A stretch of 63,373 nucleotides of DNA, the filler included, from an uncultured bacterium (GTDB taxonomy: Bacteria > DAOPZR01): assembly GCA_964637655.1 (NCBI GenBank). It is 3 parts of 3 records of this genome, joined end to end, with 100 filler letters (N's around TTAATTAATTAA, not from the genome) between each part and the next. Parts side by side here need not be neighbours in the genome. Positions count along the whole stretch, not along the records: positions 1 to 21,860 come from CAZWUZ010000025.1; positions 21,961 to 42,798 come from CAZWUZ010000026.1; 1 more part is not named here. One strand, written 5' to 3'. This document shows positions 19,615-28,968 of this stretch, piece by piece. The position numbers and the translations under genes are program-made. How positions within the stretch are numbered: position 1 is the first letter of the stretch; each line of letters begins with the position of its first letter. Below the pieces are notes generated by a model. That model was not told where the DNA came from. It saw only the letters and a program-made list of their open reading frames with translations, and made no database searches.

Positions 19615-20250
19615 ATGAAACCTGGCAAGCAGAGCAAGACTCCGGATGGTGCACGAAACCTGCCTGATGACAGCCATCGGTTCGAAGAATATCGCACCCT
19701 GCGTGCTGAAATAGCCAACAACTCAACTGTTGTTGCGCAGGTGTTCAGCATAACGTTTCCTGCTGCGGCCGCATTGATTGGCTACGGCATAGACAAGGAA
19801 AACTGGCTCGTCTTGCTTTCTCCCTATGCGATTTTGCTCCCGTCGCTGTGGTTTGTTTCCTCACAGGTTGAATCAACCGTCAGAATCTCCACCTACATCC
19901 GGTTGTTCATCGAATCCCGGTGCGCCGGTTTGCGCTGGGAACACCGGTTGTTGCAGGTGCGCAATCGCGCGCAGATGCATGTTTCTGACAGAAGCTACAT
20001 CAAGTCGATAACCGGATTGTATGGAGGAGTCTGTGCGGTTTGCACGGCACTGTCTGGCGCATACTATTCGCAGATGCTTCACCGGGTGCCGTTTACTGAA
20101 GCGGGCCGGATGGGCTATGATGCTGTCTGGGTAACTATCAACGCTACCGTATTGGGCCTTGCTTACTTGGTGCTGAAAGGCGCTGCCAATGCACTCAGCT
20201 CAAAACGCTTCGCCGAATATGAAAAACAATGGCAACAGACGACACAATGA
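19615..20250 (+). CDS. Hypothetical ~4-TM membrane protein (lower GC)
   Basis: 211-aa ORF with RBS GAGG and its own promoter; EEYRTLRAEI motif followed by hydrophobic helices. Confidence 0.7.
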   Translation: MKPGKQSKTPDGARNLPDDSHRFEEYRTLRAEIANNSTVVAQVFSITFPAAAALIGYGIDKENWLVLLSPYAILLPSLWFVSSQVESTVRISTYIRLFIESRCAGLRWEHRLLQVRNRAQMHVSDRSYIKSITGLYGGVCAVCTALSGAYYSQMLHRVPFTEAGRMGYDAVWVTINATVLGLAYLVLKGAANALSSKRFAEYEKQWQQTTQ

Positions 20251-20307
20251 AATCGCGCCGGACCTAGATAGCCCTCCGGTGTTGACGGAACAGGAGCAGA
20301 AGCGCGC

Positions 20308-21501
20308 ATGAGCGGAGATCCGCTGCTGCTGCTGCTGCTGGCCAGCGCGCTGGTGGTGGTTTCCTACCTGTTCGATGCGCTCGCCCGCGTCAGCCGCGTC
20401 CCCTCGGTGCTGTTGCTGCTCGGGCTGGGGGTCGGGCTGCGCCTCGCCGCTGATGCCGCCGGTGTGCCGGTGCCGCTCCCCGCCCCGCTCATCATCATCC
20501 TCGGCACCCTCGGGCTGATTCTGATCGTGCTTGAGGGCGCGCTGGAACTGTCAGTGGTGAAGGAGAAGCTGCCGCTTATCCGCCGCGCGGGGGGCGCGGC
20601 GCTGCTGGTGCTCGTCCTGACCGCGCTGGCGCTGGCGCTGCTGCTGGTGGCGGCGCTTGACGTGCCGCTGCGTACCGCGCTGCTCAACGCGCTTCCCTTC
20701 GCCGTGATCAGCAGCGCTATTGCCATCCCCGGCAGCAGCGGGTTCGACCCGGCCAAGCGCGAGTTCATCGTCTACGAGTCGACCTTTTCCGACATCCTCG
20801 GCATCATGCTCTTCACCGCGTTGCTCCCCTCGCCGTTTTCCGGGTCGGTCGCCTGGCAGGCGGGCAATCTGCTCGGGGTGGTGGTCCTCGCGGCGGTCGG
20901 CTCGCTGTTGCTCATGCTGATGGTCGAGAAAATCACCACGCACATCAAGTTTTTCCTGATTCTCGCGGTGCTGACCGGGGTCTACGTCATCGCCAAGCAG
21001 CTGCATCTTTCCGCCCTGCTGCTGGTGCTGGTCTTCGGGCTGCTGCTCAACAACAGCCAGGCCTTCAGCCGTTTTCCGCTGCGCGGACTGATCAACGTGA
21101 AACACCTGCGCCATGAGGTGCGCCAGTTCCGCGTTATCGTGCTCGAGAGCGCCTTCCTCGTGCGCACCTTTTTCTTTGTCGCTTTCGGGTTTTACCTCGA
21201 ACTTGGCGGACTGCTGCGCCGCGAGGTTATCGGCATGGCGGTGGCCATCACCGGGATCATCGTGCTGGCCCGCTACCTGCACCTGCGCCACGTGGCGCGC
21301 TGCCCGCTGCTGCCGGAACTGTTCATCGCCCCGCGCGGGCTGATTACCGTGCTGCTGTTCCTGCAGATCCCCGCCGCCCATCGCCTGCCGCTGCTGCCGC
21401 AGGAGACGGTGTTCCTGGTGGTCGCGTTCAGCGGACTGCTGATGCTGAGCGGCACGCTGGCCTGGAAAAAACCGGTGGAACTGCCGGACGACCTGCTGTG
21501 A
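20308..21501 (+). CDS. Cation:proton antiporter (CPA1/NhaP-like)
   Basis: About 12 TM helices; SSAIAIP, YESTFSDILGI, FLVRTFFF, APRGLITVLL motifs. Confidence 0.85.
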   Translation: MSGDPLLLLLLASALVVVSYLFDALARVSRVPSVLLLLGLGVGLRLAADAAGVPVPLPAPLIIILGTLGLILIVLEGALELSVVKEKLPLIRRAGGAALLVLVLTALALALLLVAALDVPLRTALLNALPFAVISSAIAIPGSSGFDPAKREFIVYESTFSDILGIMLFTALLPSPFSGSVAWQAGNLLGVVVLAAVGSLLLMLMVEKITTHIKFFLILAVLTGVYVIAKQLHLSALLLVLVFGLLLNNSQAFSRFPLRGLINVKHLRHEVRQFRVIVLESAFLVRTFFFVAFGFYLELGGLLRREVIGMAVAITGIIVLARYLHLRHVARCPLLPELFIAPRGLITVLLFLQIPAAHRLPLLPQETVFLVVAFSGLLMLSGTLAWKKPVELPDDLL

Positions 21502-21506
21502 ACCGC

Positions 21507-21644
21507 TCAGGTGACCGCGTCGGTGATCTGGTCGTTGACTGACGTGGGAAACGCGCCGCCGCTGACCGCGTCGAGGCCGCTGGCCGGCAGGGTGCTGACG
21601 GCGGATTCCGCCGCCGGTGTGACGGATGTGGTTTTGGGCTGCAT
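21507..21644 (-). CDS. 45-aa microprotein: double-glycine leader + RebB-N-terminus-like core (not in ORF track)
   Basis: Translates to MQPKTTSVTPAAESAVSTLPASGLDAVSGG-AFPTSVNDQITDAVT*. RBS GGAGGT at 21651-21656; promoter TTGACA-N17-TACAGT at 21665-21693. Confidence 0.75.
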   Translation of the reverse strand: MQPKTTSVTPAAESAVSTLPASGLDAVSGGAFPTSVNDQITDAVT

Positions 21645-21664
21645 AACTGCACCTCCAGCATGAT

Positions 21665-21693
21665 ACTGTAGCCGCCGGCAGGCCGGCTGTCAA
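21665..21693 (-). promoter_or_regulatory. sigma70 promoter for the 45-aa microprotein
   Basis: TTGACA-N17-TACAGT on the minus strand, just upstream of GGAGGT. Confidence 0.7.
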
Positions 21694-21860
21694 GCCGCAG
21701 CGGGCCGGACACCGGCGCGGGGGGCCGGCACTTGTTTTTTACCGCAAAGTGTGCTATTAGTTGGGTGAGAGGCAGCACCCCGCGGCCTGGCTGCGGGGAC
21801 TAAGCGGGCGGCCGGCACAAACGATGCCTGCTGCAGCCGCGACAACCGGGGTGCCGTGCG

Positions 21861-21960
21861 NNNNNNNNNNNNNNNNNNNNNNNNNNNNNNNNNNNNNNNN
21901 NNNNTTAATTAATTAANNNNNNNNNNNNNNNNNNNNNNNNNNNNNNNNNNNNNNNNNNNN
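21861..21960. other. Artificial contig join
   Basis: N44-TTAATTAATTAA-N44 six-frame stop linker. Confidence 0.98.
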
Positions 21961-22023
21961 GGCGGCCATCGCCGCTTCAAAAAGAAGGAGGTGCTCGGCT
22001 TCCTGCATTCGCATCGGAGCTGA
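21961..22023 (+). CDS. C-terminal fragment of an excisionase/BldC-like (MerR-type HTH) DNA-binding protein
   Basis: Contig starts in frame with GGHRRFKKKEVLGFLHSHRS*; GGHRRF is the typical wing motif. Only 20 codons are visible. Confidence 0.5.
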   Translation, partial: GGHRRFKKKEVLGFLHSHRS

Positions 22024-22289
22024 TGCGCGATGCCCGCACAACTGAAAATGATAAACGGCCGTCGGAGGGGAAACGGGTGGCGGCTTGCTGCCGCCACCCC
22101 CGTTTTCACTCGCTCCGGCTTGCGTTTCCGCGGTGGCAAAGGTCAAACCGCCGTCGCGCACCGCGGTGGCGTATTCCTTGTCACGAACGGGCGCTCCACC
22201 GTATCGCCAACACCGGCAGACGGTAAACCGGTGTCGCGCACGGCGGTGGACGCGATGCCACACGGTACACCGCCGTCGGAGCGGGCAGC

Positions 22290-23291
22290 ATGACGACTGA
22301 CGCAGAGCGCAGCGCCGGGAATTTGCAGCGCTGGCTGCACGCAGAACGCGCCGACGCAGCGACCGTTGCTGCCGCGCAGGCGTGGCTGGCGGCGCATCCC
22401 GACGCGGCAGTTATCGCGCGCGACGATGCGGACTACCCCGCGCCGCTGCACGAACTGCCCGACGCGCCGGCCTTTCTCGCGGTGCGCGGCAACCGTGCGC
22501 GGCTGCAGGCGCAACGCGCGGTGGCCATCGTCGGGGCGCGGCAGGCGACACCCGACGGGGTGGCGCAGGCAACGGCGCTGGCGGGCGACCTCGGGCGCAG
22601 CGGCGTGACGGTGGTCAGCGGGTTTGCCCGCGGCATCGACGCGGCGGCGCATCGCGCGGCGGCAGCGACGGCAGGCGGGACGGTGGCGGTGCTCGGTACC
22701 GGGCCCGATATCGGCTACCCGGCGACGCACGGCCCGCTGCGCGAGGCCATCCTCGCGGGGGGCGGCGCGCTGCTGACGCAGTTTCTCCCCGGGACGCGCC
22801 CGTTTGCGGGCAACTTCCCGCGGCGCAATGTGCTGATTGCGGCGCTGAGCAGCGCGACGGTGGTGGTTGAGGCGCGCGAGCAGAGCGGTGCAGTGCTGAC
22901 GGCGGGACTGGCGGGTGAGCAGGGACGCGAAGTGCTGGCAGTCCCCGGGCGCGTCGGTGAGCGCAGCGGCGGCTGCCATCGGCTGATCCGCGACGGGGCG
23001 GGGCTGGTCGAGAGCGCGGCGGACATTCTTGCCGCGCTCGGCTGGCAGGCGGCGGCACCCGCGGCGGCAGCGCCGACGGCAGTGACGCTGACGGACGACG
23101 AAGTCGCGCTGCTGCGGGCGCTCGATTGCGAGCGGCACGCGGACGAACTGGCGGCAGTAATCGCGGACAGCGGGATGCTCGCGGCGCTGCTGACGGAACT
23201 GGAACTGGCGGGGCAGGTGGAACGCCGCCCCGGGCGCCTGTACGCGCTGAGCGCGGCGGGACGCGCGACGCTGGCCGGGCACGACGCATGA
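22290..23291 (+). CDS. dprA: DNA-processing protein DprA
   Basis: AIVGARQAT, VVSGFARGIDAAAH, FPRRNVLIA, VVEAREQSGA, VLAVPG, LIRDGA. Confidence 0.93.
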   Translation: MTTDAERSAGNLQRWLHAERADAATVAAAQAWLAAHPDAAVIARDDADYPAPLHELPDAPAFLAVRGNRARLQAQRAVAIVGARQATPDGVAQATALAGDLGRSGVTVVSGFARGIDAAAHRAAAATAGGTVAVLGTGPDIGYPATHGPLREAILAGGGALLTQFLPGTRPFAGNFPRRNVLIAALSSATVVVEAREQSGAVLTAGLAGEQGREVLAVPGRVGERSGGCHRLIRDGAGLVESAADILAALGWQAAAPAAAAPTAVTLTDDEVALLRALDCERHADELAAVIADSGMLAALLTELELAGQVERRPGRLYALSAAGRATLAGHDA

Positions 23292-24643
23292 GCGAACTGC
23301 TGGTTATCGGCGGCGGGCTCGCGGGGAGTGAAGCGGCGCTGGTCGCAGCGGATGCGGGAATGCAGGTGACGCTCGCGGAGATGCGGCCGGGGACCATGAC
23401 CCCGGCACACCGCAGCGGCGACTTTGCCGAACTGGTCTGCAGCAACTCGTTGAAGTCGGACGAGGTGACGGCGGCGGCAGGGCTGCTCAAGGCGGAATTG
23501 CGGCTGTTGCGCAGTCCGCTGCTGGCCATCGCACAGCAGCAGCGGGTGGCGGCGGGCGGGGCACTGGCGGTGGACCGCAGCGGTTTCGCCGCGGCCGTGA
23601 CGGAAACGATACTACGGCACCCGCGCATACGCGTGGTGCGTGCAGAGGTGAAACAGATTGACTGGACCCGCCCGACAGTGATTGCGGCGGGCCCGCTGGC
23701 CGGTGAAGAACTGGTCGAATATCTGCGCACGGCACTCGGGGCGCAGCGCTGCGCGTTTTACGATGCCATCGCCCCGGTGGTGGAAGCGGAGAGCATCGCG
23801 CAGCCGCCGGCGTTTCGCGCCTCGCGCTACGGCAAGGGGAGCGCGCGGAACGCTGCTGACGGGCTGCAGCCGCCTGACGGCGGCGGCGGGGATTACCTGA
23901 ACCTCCCGTTGACCGCGGCGGAGTACGCGCGGTTCCGGGAGGCGCTGCTCGAAGCGGACCGCGTGACGGCGCACGCCTTCGAAGAGGTCAAGTACTTCGA
24001 AGCGTGCCTGCCGGTCGAGGAGTTGGCACGGCGGGGCGAGGAGACGCTGCGGTTCGGGCCGCTGAAGCCCGTCGGGCTGCGCGACCCGCGCACCGGCGAA
24101 CGGCCGCACGCGGTGGTGCAGCTGCGGCAGGATGACCGGGCGGGGGAACTGTTCAACCTCGTCGGTTTCCAGACGCGGTTGCAGCCCTCGGCGCAGGAAC
24201 AGGTGCTGCGGCTGCTGCCGGGGCTGGAAAACGTGCGTATCGCGCGCTACGGCGGGATGCACCGCAACACGTACTTCGACCTGACGGGGGTGCTGGCCGC
24301 GACGCTGGAACTGAAACCGCACCGCGGGGTATTCGTCGCGGGGCAGCTGGCGGGGAGCGAGGGGTACACGGAAGCAATCGCCTGCGGGCACCTCGCGGGG
24401 TTGAACGCGGCGCGGCGGCTGCAGGGGCAGGAACCGGTGGTCATGCCGCCGGAGACGGCGCTCGGCGCGCTGACGCGCTACATCACCACGCCGGCGCCGC
24501 AGCCGCTGGCGCCGATGCACGTGACGTTCGGGCTGCTGCCGCCCGTAGACGGCGGTAAACGCGACCGGCGCGAGCGGCAGGCGCAGCGGGCGCTGGCACT
24601 GATGACGGACATGGCGCGGCAGCTGATGCCGCGAGAGGGATAA
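23288..24643 (+). CDS. trmFO: tRNA (uracil-5)-methyltransferase TrmFO
   Basis: [64 protein letters not shown]. Start at ATG 23288 overlaps the dprA stop. Confidence 0.95.
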   Translation: MSELLVIGGGLAGSEAALVAADAGMQVTLAEMRPGTMTPAHRSGDFAELVCSNSLKSDEVTAAAGLLKAELRLLRSPLLAIAQQQRVAAGGALAVDRSGFAAAVTETILRHPRIRVVRAEVKQIDWTRPTVIAAGPLAGEELVEYLRTALGAQRCAFYDAIAPVVEAESIAQPPAFRASRYGKGSARNAADGLQPPDGGGGDYLNLPLTAAEYARFREALLEADRVTAHAFEEVKYFEACLPVEELARRGEETLRFGPLKPVGLRDPRTGERPHAVVQLRQDDRAGELFNLVGFQTRLQPSAQEQVLRLLPGLENVRIARYGGMHRNTYFDLTGVLAATLELKPHRGVFVAGQLAGSEGYTEAIACGHLAGLNAARRLQGQEPVVMPPETALGALTRYITTPAPQPLAPMHVTFGLLPPVDGGKRDRRERQAQRALALMTDMARQLMPREG

Positions 24644-25629
24644 TGGAGAAGGAACTGAAACAATTCAGGCGCTATCTGGCGGAAGAGCGGAACTGCTCGC
24701 CCGCGACGGTGCGCGCCTATACCGCCGACCTGGCGGCCTTCCGCGCCTTTGTGGCGACGCAGCAGGTGTCGCGCTGGGCGGAAGTCGGGCCGGGAACCAT
24801 CCGCCTTTACCTTGCGCAGCTGCAGGATGCGGGGCAGGAGCGGAGCAGCATCGGGCGGCATCTCGCCGCGCTGCGCACGTTCTTCCGCTTCCTGCGCCGC
24901 CGCGAGCTGGTCGCGGTCAACCCGGCCAAGGTGGTCAGTTCCCCGCGCAAGCCGCGCAAACTGCCGGCCATTCTCTACCGCAACGAGGCGGACGCGCTGA
25001 TGAACCTCCCCGCGGCGGGGAGTCCGCAGCAGGCGCGCGACCGCGCCATTCTCGAAGTGCTCTACGGCTGCGGACTGCGCGTGGCGGAACTGGTCGGGCT
25101 GGACACCGATGCGTATGGGCGGCTGGACGGCTGGCTGCGGGTGTTCGGCAAGGGGCGCAAGGAGCGGCGGGTGCCGCTCGGGCGCATGGCGGAGGCGGCA
25201 CTCGACGCCTACCTCGCGGTGCGCGGGCGCGGCCTGAAGAAACCGGACCCGCGCGCGCTCTTCCTCAATGCGCGGGGGGGGCGGCTGACCGACCGCGGCG
25301 TGCGCGTCATCCTGCAGCAGTACGGGCGGCTGCTGGGCAAGCCCGGACTGCATCCGCATCAGCTGCGGCATACCTTCGCCACGCACCTGCTCGACGCGGG
25401 GGCCGACCTGCGCGGGGTGCAGGAACTGCTCGGGCATGCCAACCTCACCACCACGACCATCTACACGCAGGTCTCGCGCGAGCGTCTGCGCGAGGTCTAC
25501 CGCCAGACGCATCCGCGGGCGCGCAAAGGACTGGCGGGGGTCTCCCCCCTGCCGGCCGCGGGCGATTCAAGTTCTGCACCGGAAATGCCGATACAAAATG
25601 CAACGGGCTTCCGGGGAGGAAAACGCTGA
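24643..25629 (+). CDS. xerC: Tyrosine recombinase XerC
   Basis: [43 protein letters not shown]...TTTIYT, HPRA; found in the dprA-trmFO-xerC context. Confidence 0.9.
   Translation: MEKELKQFRRYLAEERNCSPATVRAYTADLAAFRAFVATQQVSRWAEVGPGTIRLYLAQLQDAGQERSSIGRHLAALRTFFRFLRRRELVAVNPAKVVSSPRKPRKLPAILYRNEADALMNLPAAGSPQQARDRAILEVLYGCGLRVAELVGLDTDAYGRLDGWLRVFGKGRKERRVPLGRMAEAALDAYLAVRGRGLKKPDPRALFLNARGGRLTDRGVRVILQQYGRLLGKPGLHPHQLRHTFATHLLDAGADLRGVQELLGHANLTTTTIYTQVSRERLREVYRQTHPRARKGLAGVSPLPAAGDSSSAPEMPIQNATGFRGGKR
25567..25594 (+). promoter_or_regulatory. sigma28 (FliA/SigD)-type promoter upstream of flgB, inside xerC 3' end
   Basis: TCAA-N16-GCCGATAC. Confidence 0.7.
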
Positions 25630-26054
25630 TGTTGAACAACACCGGTTTTCATACGACGATCTCGGCGTTGCAGGGGGCGCTGGGCGCCTCCGCGCTGCGC
25701 ACCGAGGTCATCGCCAACAACATGTCGAACATCAACACCCCCAACTTCAAGCGGCAGGAAGTCACCTTCGAGCATGCGCTGCGCAGCGCGCTGAATGATG
25801 ACGGCGGCCTGCGGGCGCGGCGCTCGGCGGCCGGGCACATCGACTTTGCCGGCACCAGCCGCCTAAGCGAGGTGGCGCCGCAGGTGCACACGGTGGCGGA
25901 CACGGTGATGCGCAACGACGGCAACAACGTCAACCCGGACACCGAGATGGCGGCGTTCACGCAGAACACGGTCATGTACAACGCCCTGAGCACGCGCATC
26001 GGCGACATGCTCAAGGGGATGACCGAACTGATCGTCGAAGCGGGGAGGAAATAA
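25629..26054 (+). CDS. flgB: Flagellar rod protein FlgB
   Basis: VIANNMSNINTPNFKR...RNDGNNVNPDTEM. Confidence 0.95.
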   Translation: MLNNTGFHTTISALQGALGASALRTEVIANNMSNINTPNFKRQEVTFEHALRSALNDDGGLRARRSAAGHIDFAGTSRLSEVAPQVHTVADTVMRNDGNNVNPDTEMAAFTQNTVMYNALSTRIGDMLKGMTELIVEAGRK

Positions 26055-26057
26055 GCC

Positions 26058-26510
26058 ATGAGTTTGTTCAATACCTTCGATATCAGCGGCTCGGGCATGT
26101 CGGCCGAGCGCTTCCGCCTCGACATCATCGCCGAGAACATCGCCAACGCCAACTCGACGCGGCGCAGCGACGGGCGCGAAGGCCCGTACCGGCGCAAAAA
26201 CGTCACGCTCGCCCCGCGCGCGAACAACGGGGTCCAGTTCGTCATGCCGGTCGACCGCCAGCCGCCGCACGCGGAACGCAACCGCGGCGTGCGTGTGACG
26301 GGGGTGCACGAGGACCAGTCGCCGCTGCGCTTCGAGTTTGATCCGTCACACCCCGACGCCAACGCGCAGGGGTACGTGGCCAAGCCGAACGTCAACGTGA
26401 TGACCGAGATGGTGGACATGATTACCGCGTCGCGCGCCTACGAGGCGAACGCGACGGTGATGCGCGAAGCGAAGAGCATGATGATGCGCGCGCTGCAGAT
26501 CGGGAGGTAG
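26058..26510 (+). CDS. flgC: Flagellar rod protein FlgC
   Basis: ISGSGMSAERFRLDIIAENIANA...DPSHPDA...PNVNVMTEMVDMITASRAYEAN. Confidence 0.96.
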   Translation: MSLFNTFDISGSGMSAERFRLDIIAENIANANSTRRSDGREGPYRRKNVTLAPRANNGVQFVMPVDRQPPHAERNRGVRVTGVHEDQSPLRFEFDPSHPDANAQGYVAKPNVNVMTEMVDMITASRAYEANATVMREAKSMMMRALQIGR

Positions 26511-26516
26511 TGAACC

Positions 26517-26843
26517 ATGGGCATTGATTACCTGTCACTGACGCCGCGCCCGCTGGCCCCGCGTCCGTCCGTCAATCCGGCGGCCACTCCGTCCGGGTCG
26601 ACGGCGGGGACGGCGACCGAAGTGGTCACCTCGTTCAAGGAGATGCTCGGGGGCATGCTCGGGCAGACCGACGCGCTGCAGCAGCAGAGCGCGCAGATGA
26701 CGCGGCAGCTGGCGACAGGTGAGATCACCAACGTGCATGACGTGATGATCGCCGCGGAGAAGGCAAAGATGGCCATGCAGCTGACGCTGGCCATCCGCGG
26801 GAAACTGCTCGACGCCTACCAGGCGATGCAGCAGATGCGGTAG
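26517..26843 (+). CDS. fliE: Hook-basal body protein FliE
   Basis: HDVMIAAEKA...IRGKLLDAYQ; position after flgC. Confidence 0.92.
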   Translation: MGIDYLSLTPRPLAPRPSVNPAATPSGSTAGTATEVVTSFKEMLGGMLGQTDALQQQSAQMTRQLATGEITNVHDVMIAAEKAKMAMQLTLAIRGKLLDAYQAMQQMR

Positions 26844-26940
26844 GGATGGCCAGGGCGCGGGCGCGGCGCAGCCGCGAGCCGCACACTGTGCCCGGGTGCA
26901 ACTGCGGCAGCGCACAGGCGATGCAGCAGATGCGGTAACT

Positions 26941-27078
26941 CCCTCTCCCTCGGGGAGAGGGCAGGATGGCTGCAAGCGATCCGCAGGAGCGCGCAGCAGT
27001 CGCTGCCACAGGCAGCGTGGGGCGCAACGGTAGTTTACCTGTTTACCCTCTCCCTCGGGGAGAGGGCAGGGTGAGGGG
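26941..27078. repeat. Two copies of a REP-like palindrome CCCTCTCCCTCGGGGAGAGGGCAGG
   Basis: Identical 25-mers at 26941 and 27046; the second extends with GTGAGGGG. Stem is CCCTCTCCC/GGGAGAGGG. Confidence 0.75.
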
Positions 27079-27330
27079 CAGTACCGTCGCAGCGGCCGGG
27101 AACCGCCGTGACGCCGGCAGGACTCCGCGGCCGCAGGGCGGCGGGCATTTTATCTGACGTGCCGGTGCGGGTTCGGAACCGCGGCGGCGCCGAAGCCGAG
27201 CGTGGGAGGGCACGATGCGGCGCTATTCCTTATGGTCTTATCCATTGCCTGATACGGGTGGGGAGCGTGGTGCATACGACGCCGCGCCTCCCGCCCGCTC
27301 TTTGGCTGTCGCCGCGGGCGAGGTGACGCG

Positions 27331-28956
27331 ATGAACGCCTACCTGCAGCAGCTGCGGCAGCAGCTTGCCGGTCTGTGGGGCTCGCTCACCGCGCGGCAGA
27401 AGGGGATGTACGTCGCGGTCGGGGTGCTGTTTGTCGCCGGCCTGGCGGGGATCATCACCTGGTCCGCGCGCCCGCAGTACGAGGCGCTCTACACCGACAT
27501 CGACCTGGCGGAGGCGGCCAAGGTCAAGGCGGAACTCGACGCCGCGGGGACCGATTACCGGCTGGAGAACGGCGGGCGCACCATCCTCGTGCCGGTGCAG
27601 CAGCGCGACACGCTGCGCCTGGAAATGTCGACGCGCGGCGCGGCCCCGGCGGGCGGGCTGATCGGTTTTGAAATCCTCGACGGCATCAACCCGATGCAGA
27701 CCACGGAGGACAAGACGCGTAACTTCCACCGCGCGCTCGGCGGCGAAATCGCGCGCATGATCAAGAAGCTTGACGGGGTGACCGATGCCGGCGTCATCAT
27801 CACCGTGCCGGAGGAACGCCTCTTCGAGGCCGAGGCGCAGCCGGTGACGGCGGCGGTGACGCTGACGCTCGCGCGTGACATCAGCCAGGAGCAGGTGAAA
27901 CAAATCCGCAAACTGGTCGCCGGGTCGGTCCCCGGGCTGAAGCTGGGGGACGTGCAGATCACCGACACGCTGATGCGCGATTACCCCTACGAGGACGAGG
28001 ACGGCACCGGTACGGGGGGCAACCTCGTCGGGGCGCGGCAGAAGCAGCTGCAGCTGGAACGGTCCATCGTCAAGAACTACGAGAACGACCTGAAGAGCGC
28101 GCTGGCGCAGGTGCTCGGCGGCGCTGACAAGGTGACGGTGCGCGTCAACGTGGCGATGGACTTCGACCGCGTCGAACGCGACATTACCAACCGCACCAAG
28201 CCCGGCTTCGAGCAGCTGCTCGAGTCGCAGCAGACGAACACCGAGCAGTTCGAGGGAGTCGGGCTGCGCCCCGGCGGGGCGGCGGGAGTCGAATCGAACA
28301 TCCCCAACTACGAGGGGGCGGCGAATTCGCCGATGCGCTACGAGCGCAGCGAGGCGCGCACCAACTACCTGCATAACGAGGAACACACCACCCGGATCCA
28401 GTCCCCCTACATCAAGCGGCTGACGGCGGCGGTCAATGTCGACGGCACCTACACCGAGGAACGGGACGCCGCGGGAAACCTGGTCGAGCGGGCGTACGTG
28501 GCGCGCAGTGCGGAACAGATGGCGCAGATCGAGCAGATTGTCAAGACGACGCTCGGTTATGATGCGACGCGCGGTGACGCGGTCTCCGTCACCAACGTCG
28601 CCTTCGATCGCGCGCGGCAGCACGCGGAGGAGGAGTCGCGGCGGCAGCGTGAGGCGGAGCAGAAGCGCTACGTGATGATGGGCTTCGCCGGCATGGTCAT
28701 CGCCATCCTGCTCATCCTGCTGCTGCTCGAGGCGAAGACCTACCTGACGCTGCGTGAGCAGAAGGCGCTGCGCGAGCGCGAACTGGCGCTGCGCCAGGCG
28801 GGGACGGCAATCGTCGAGAAGGGGATGGTCACGGAACTGACCATCGAGGAGAAGGAAAAACTCGAATTGCGGCGGCGGGCGGAGAAGGCGGCGCACGACC
28901 AGCCGGAGATGGTGGCGAACCTCATCCGCACCTGGCTGGCGGAAGAGGAACGGTAG
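27331..28956 (+). CDS. fliF: MS-ring protein FliF
   Basis: N-terminal TM, GFEILD, RALGGEIARMI, LVAGSVPGL, IKRLTAAVNVDG, RGDAVSV, C-terminal PEMVANLIRTWL. Confidence 0.95.
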   Translation: MNAYLQQLRQQLAGLWGSLTARQKGMYVAVGVLFVAGLAGIITWSARPQYEALYTDIDLAEAAKVKAELDAAGTDYRLENGGRTILVPVQQRDTLRLEMSTRGAAPAGGLIGFEILDGINPMQTTEDKTRNFHRALGGEIARMIKKLDGVTDAGVIITVPEERLFEAEAQPVTAAVTLTLARDISQEQVKQIRKLVAGSVPGLKLGDVQITDTLMRDYPYEDEDGTGTGGNLVGARQKQLQLERSIVKNYENDLKSALAQVLGGADKVTVRVNVAMDFDRVERDITNRTKPGFEQLLESQQTNTEQFEGVGLRPGGAAGVESNIPNYEGAANSPMRYERSEARTNYLHNEEHTTRIQSPYIKRLTAAVNVDGTYTEERDAAGNLVERAYVARSAEQMAQIEQIVKTTLGYDATRGDAVSVTNVAFDRARQHAEEESRRQREAEQKRYVMMGFAGMVIAILLILLLLEAKTYLTLREQKALRERELALRQAGTAIVEKGMVTELTIEEKEKLELRRRAEKAAHDQPEMVANLIRTWLAEEER

Positions 28957-28968
28957 GGGGAACGCGAC

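Noticed and set aside
21861-21960. TTAATTAATTAA palindrome flanked by Ns (also 42799-42898)
   Set aside because: Synthetic contig linker with stops in all six frames; not biological, and no gene linkage should be inferred across it.
24643-25629. Tyrosine recombinase as a prophage or island integrase
   Set aside because: Sequence and dprA-trmFO context indicate chromosomal XerC; no att sites or cargo.
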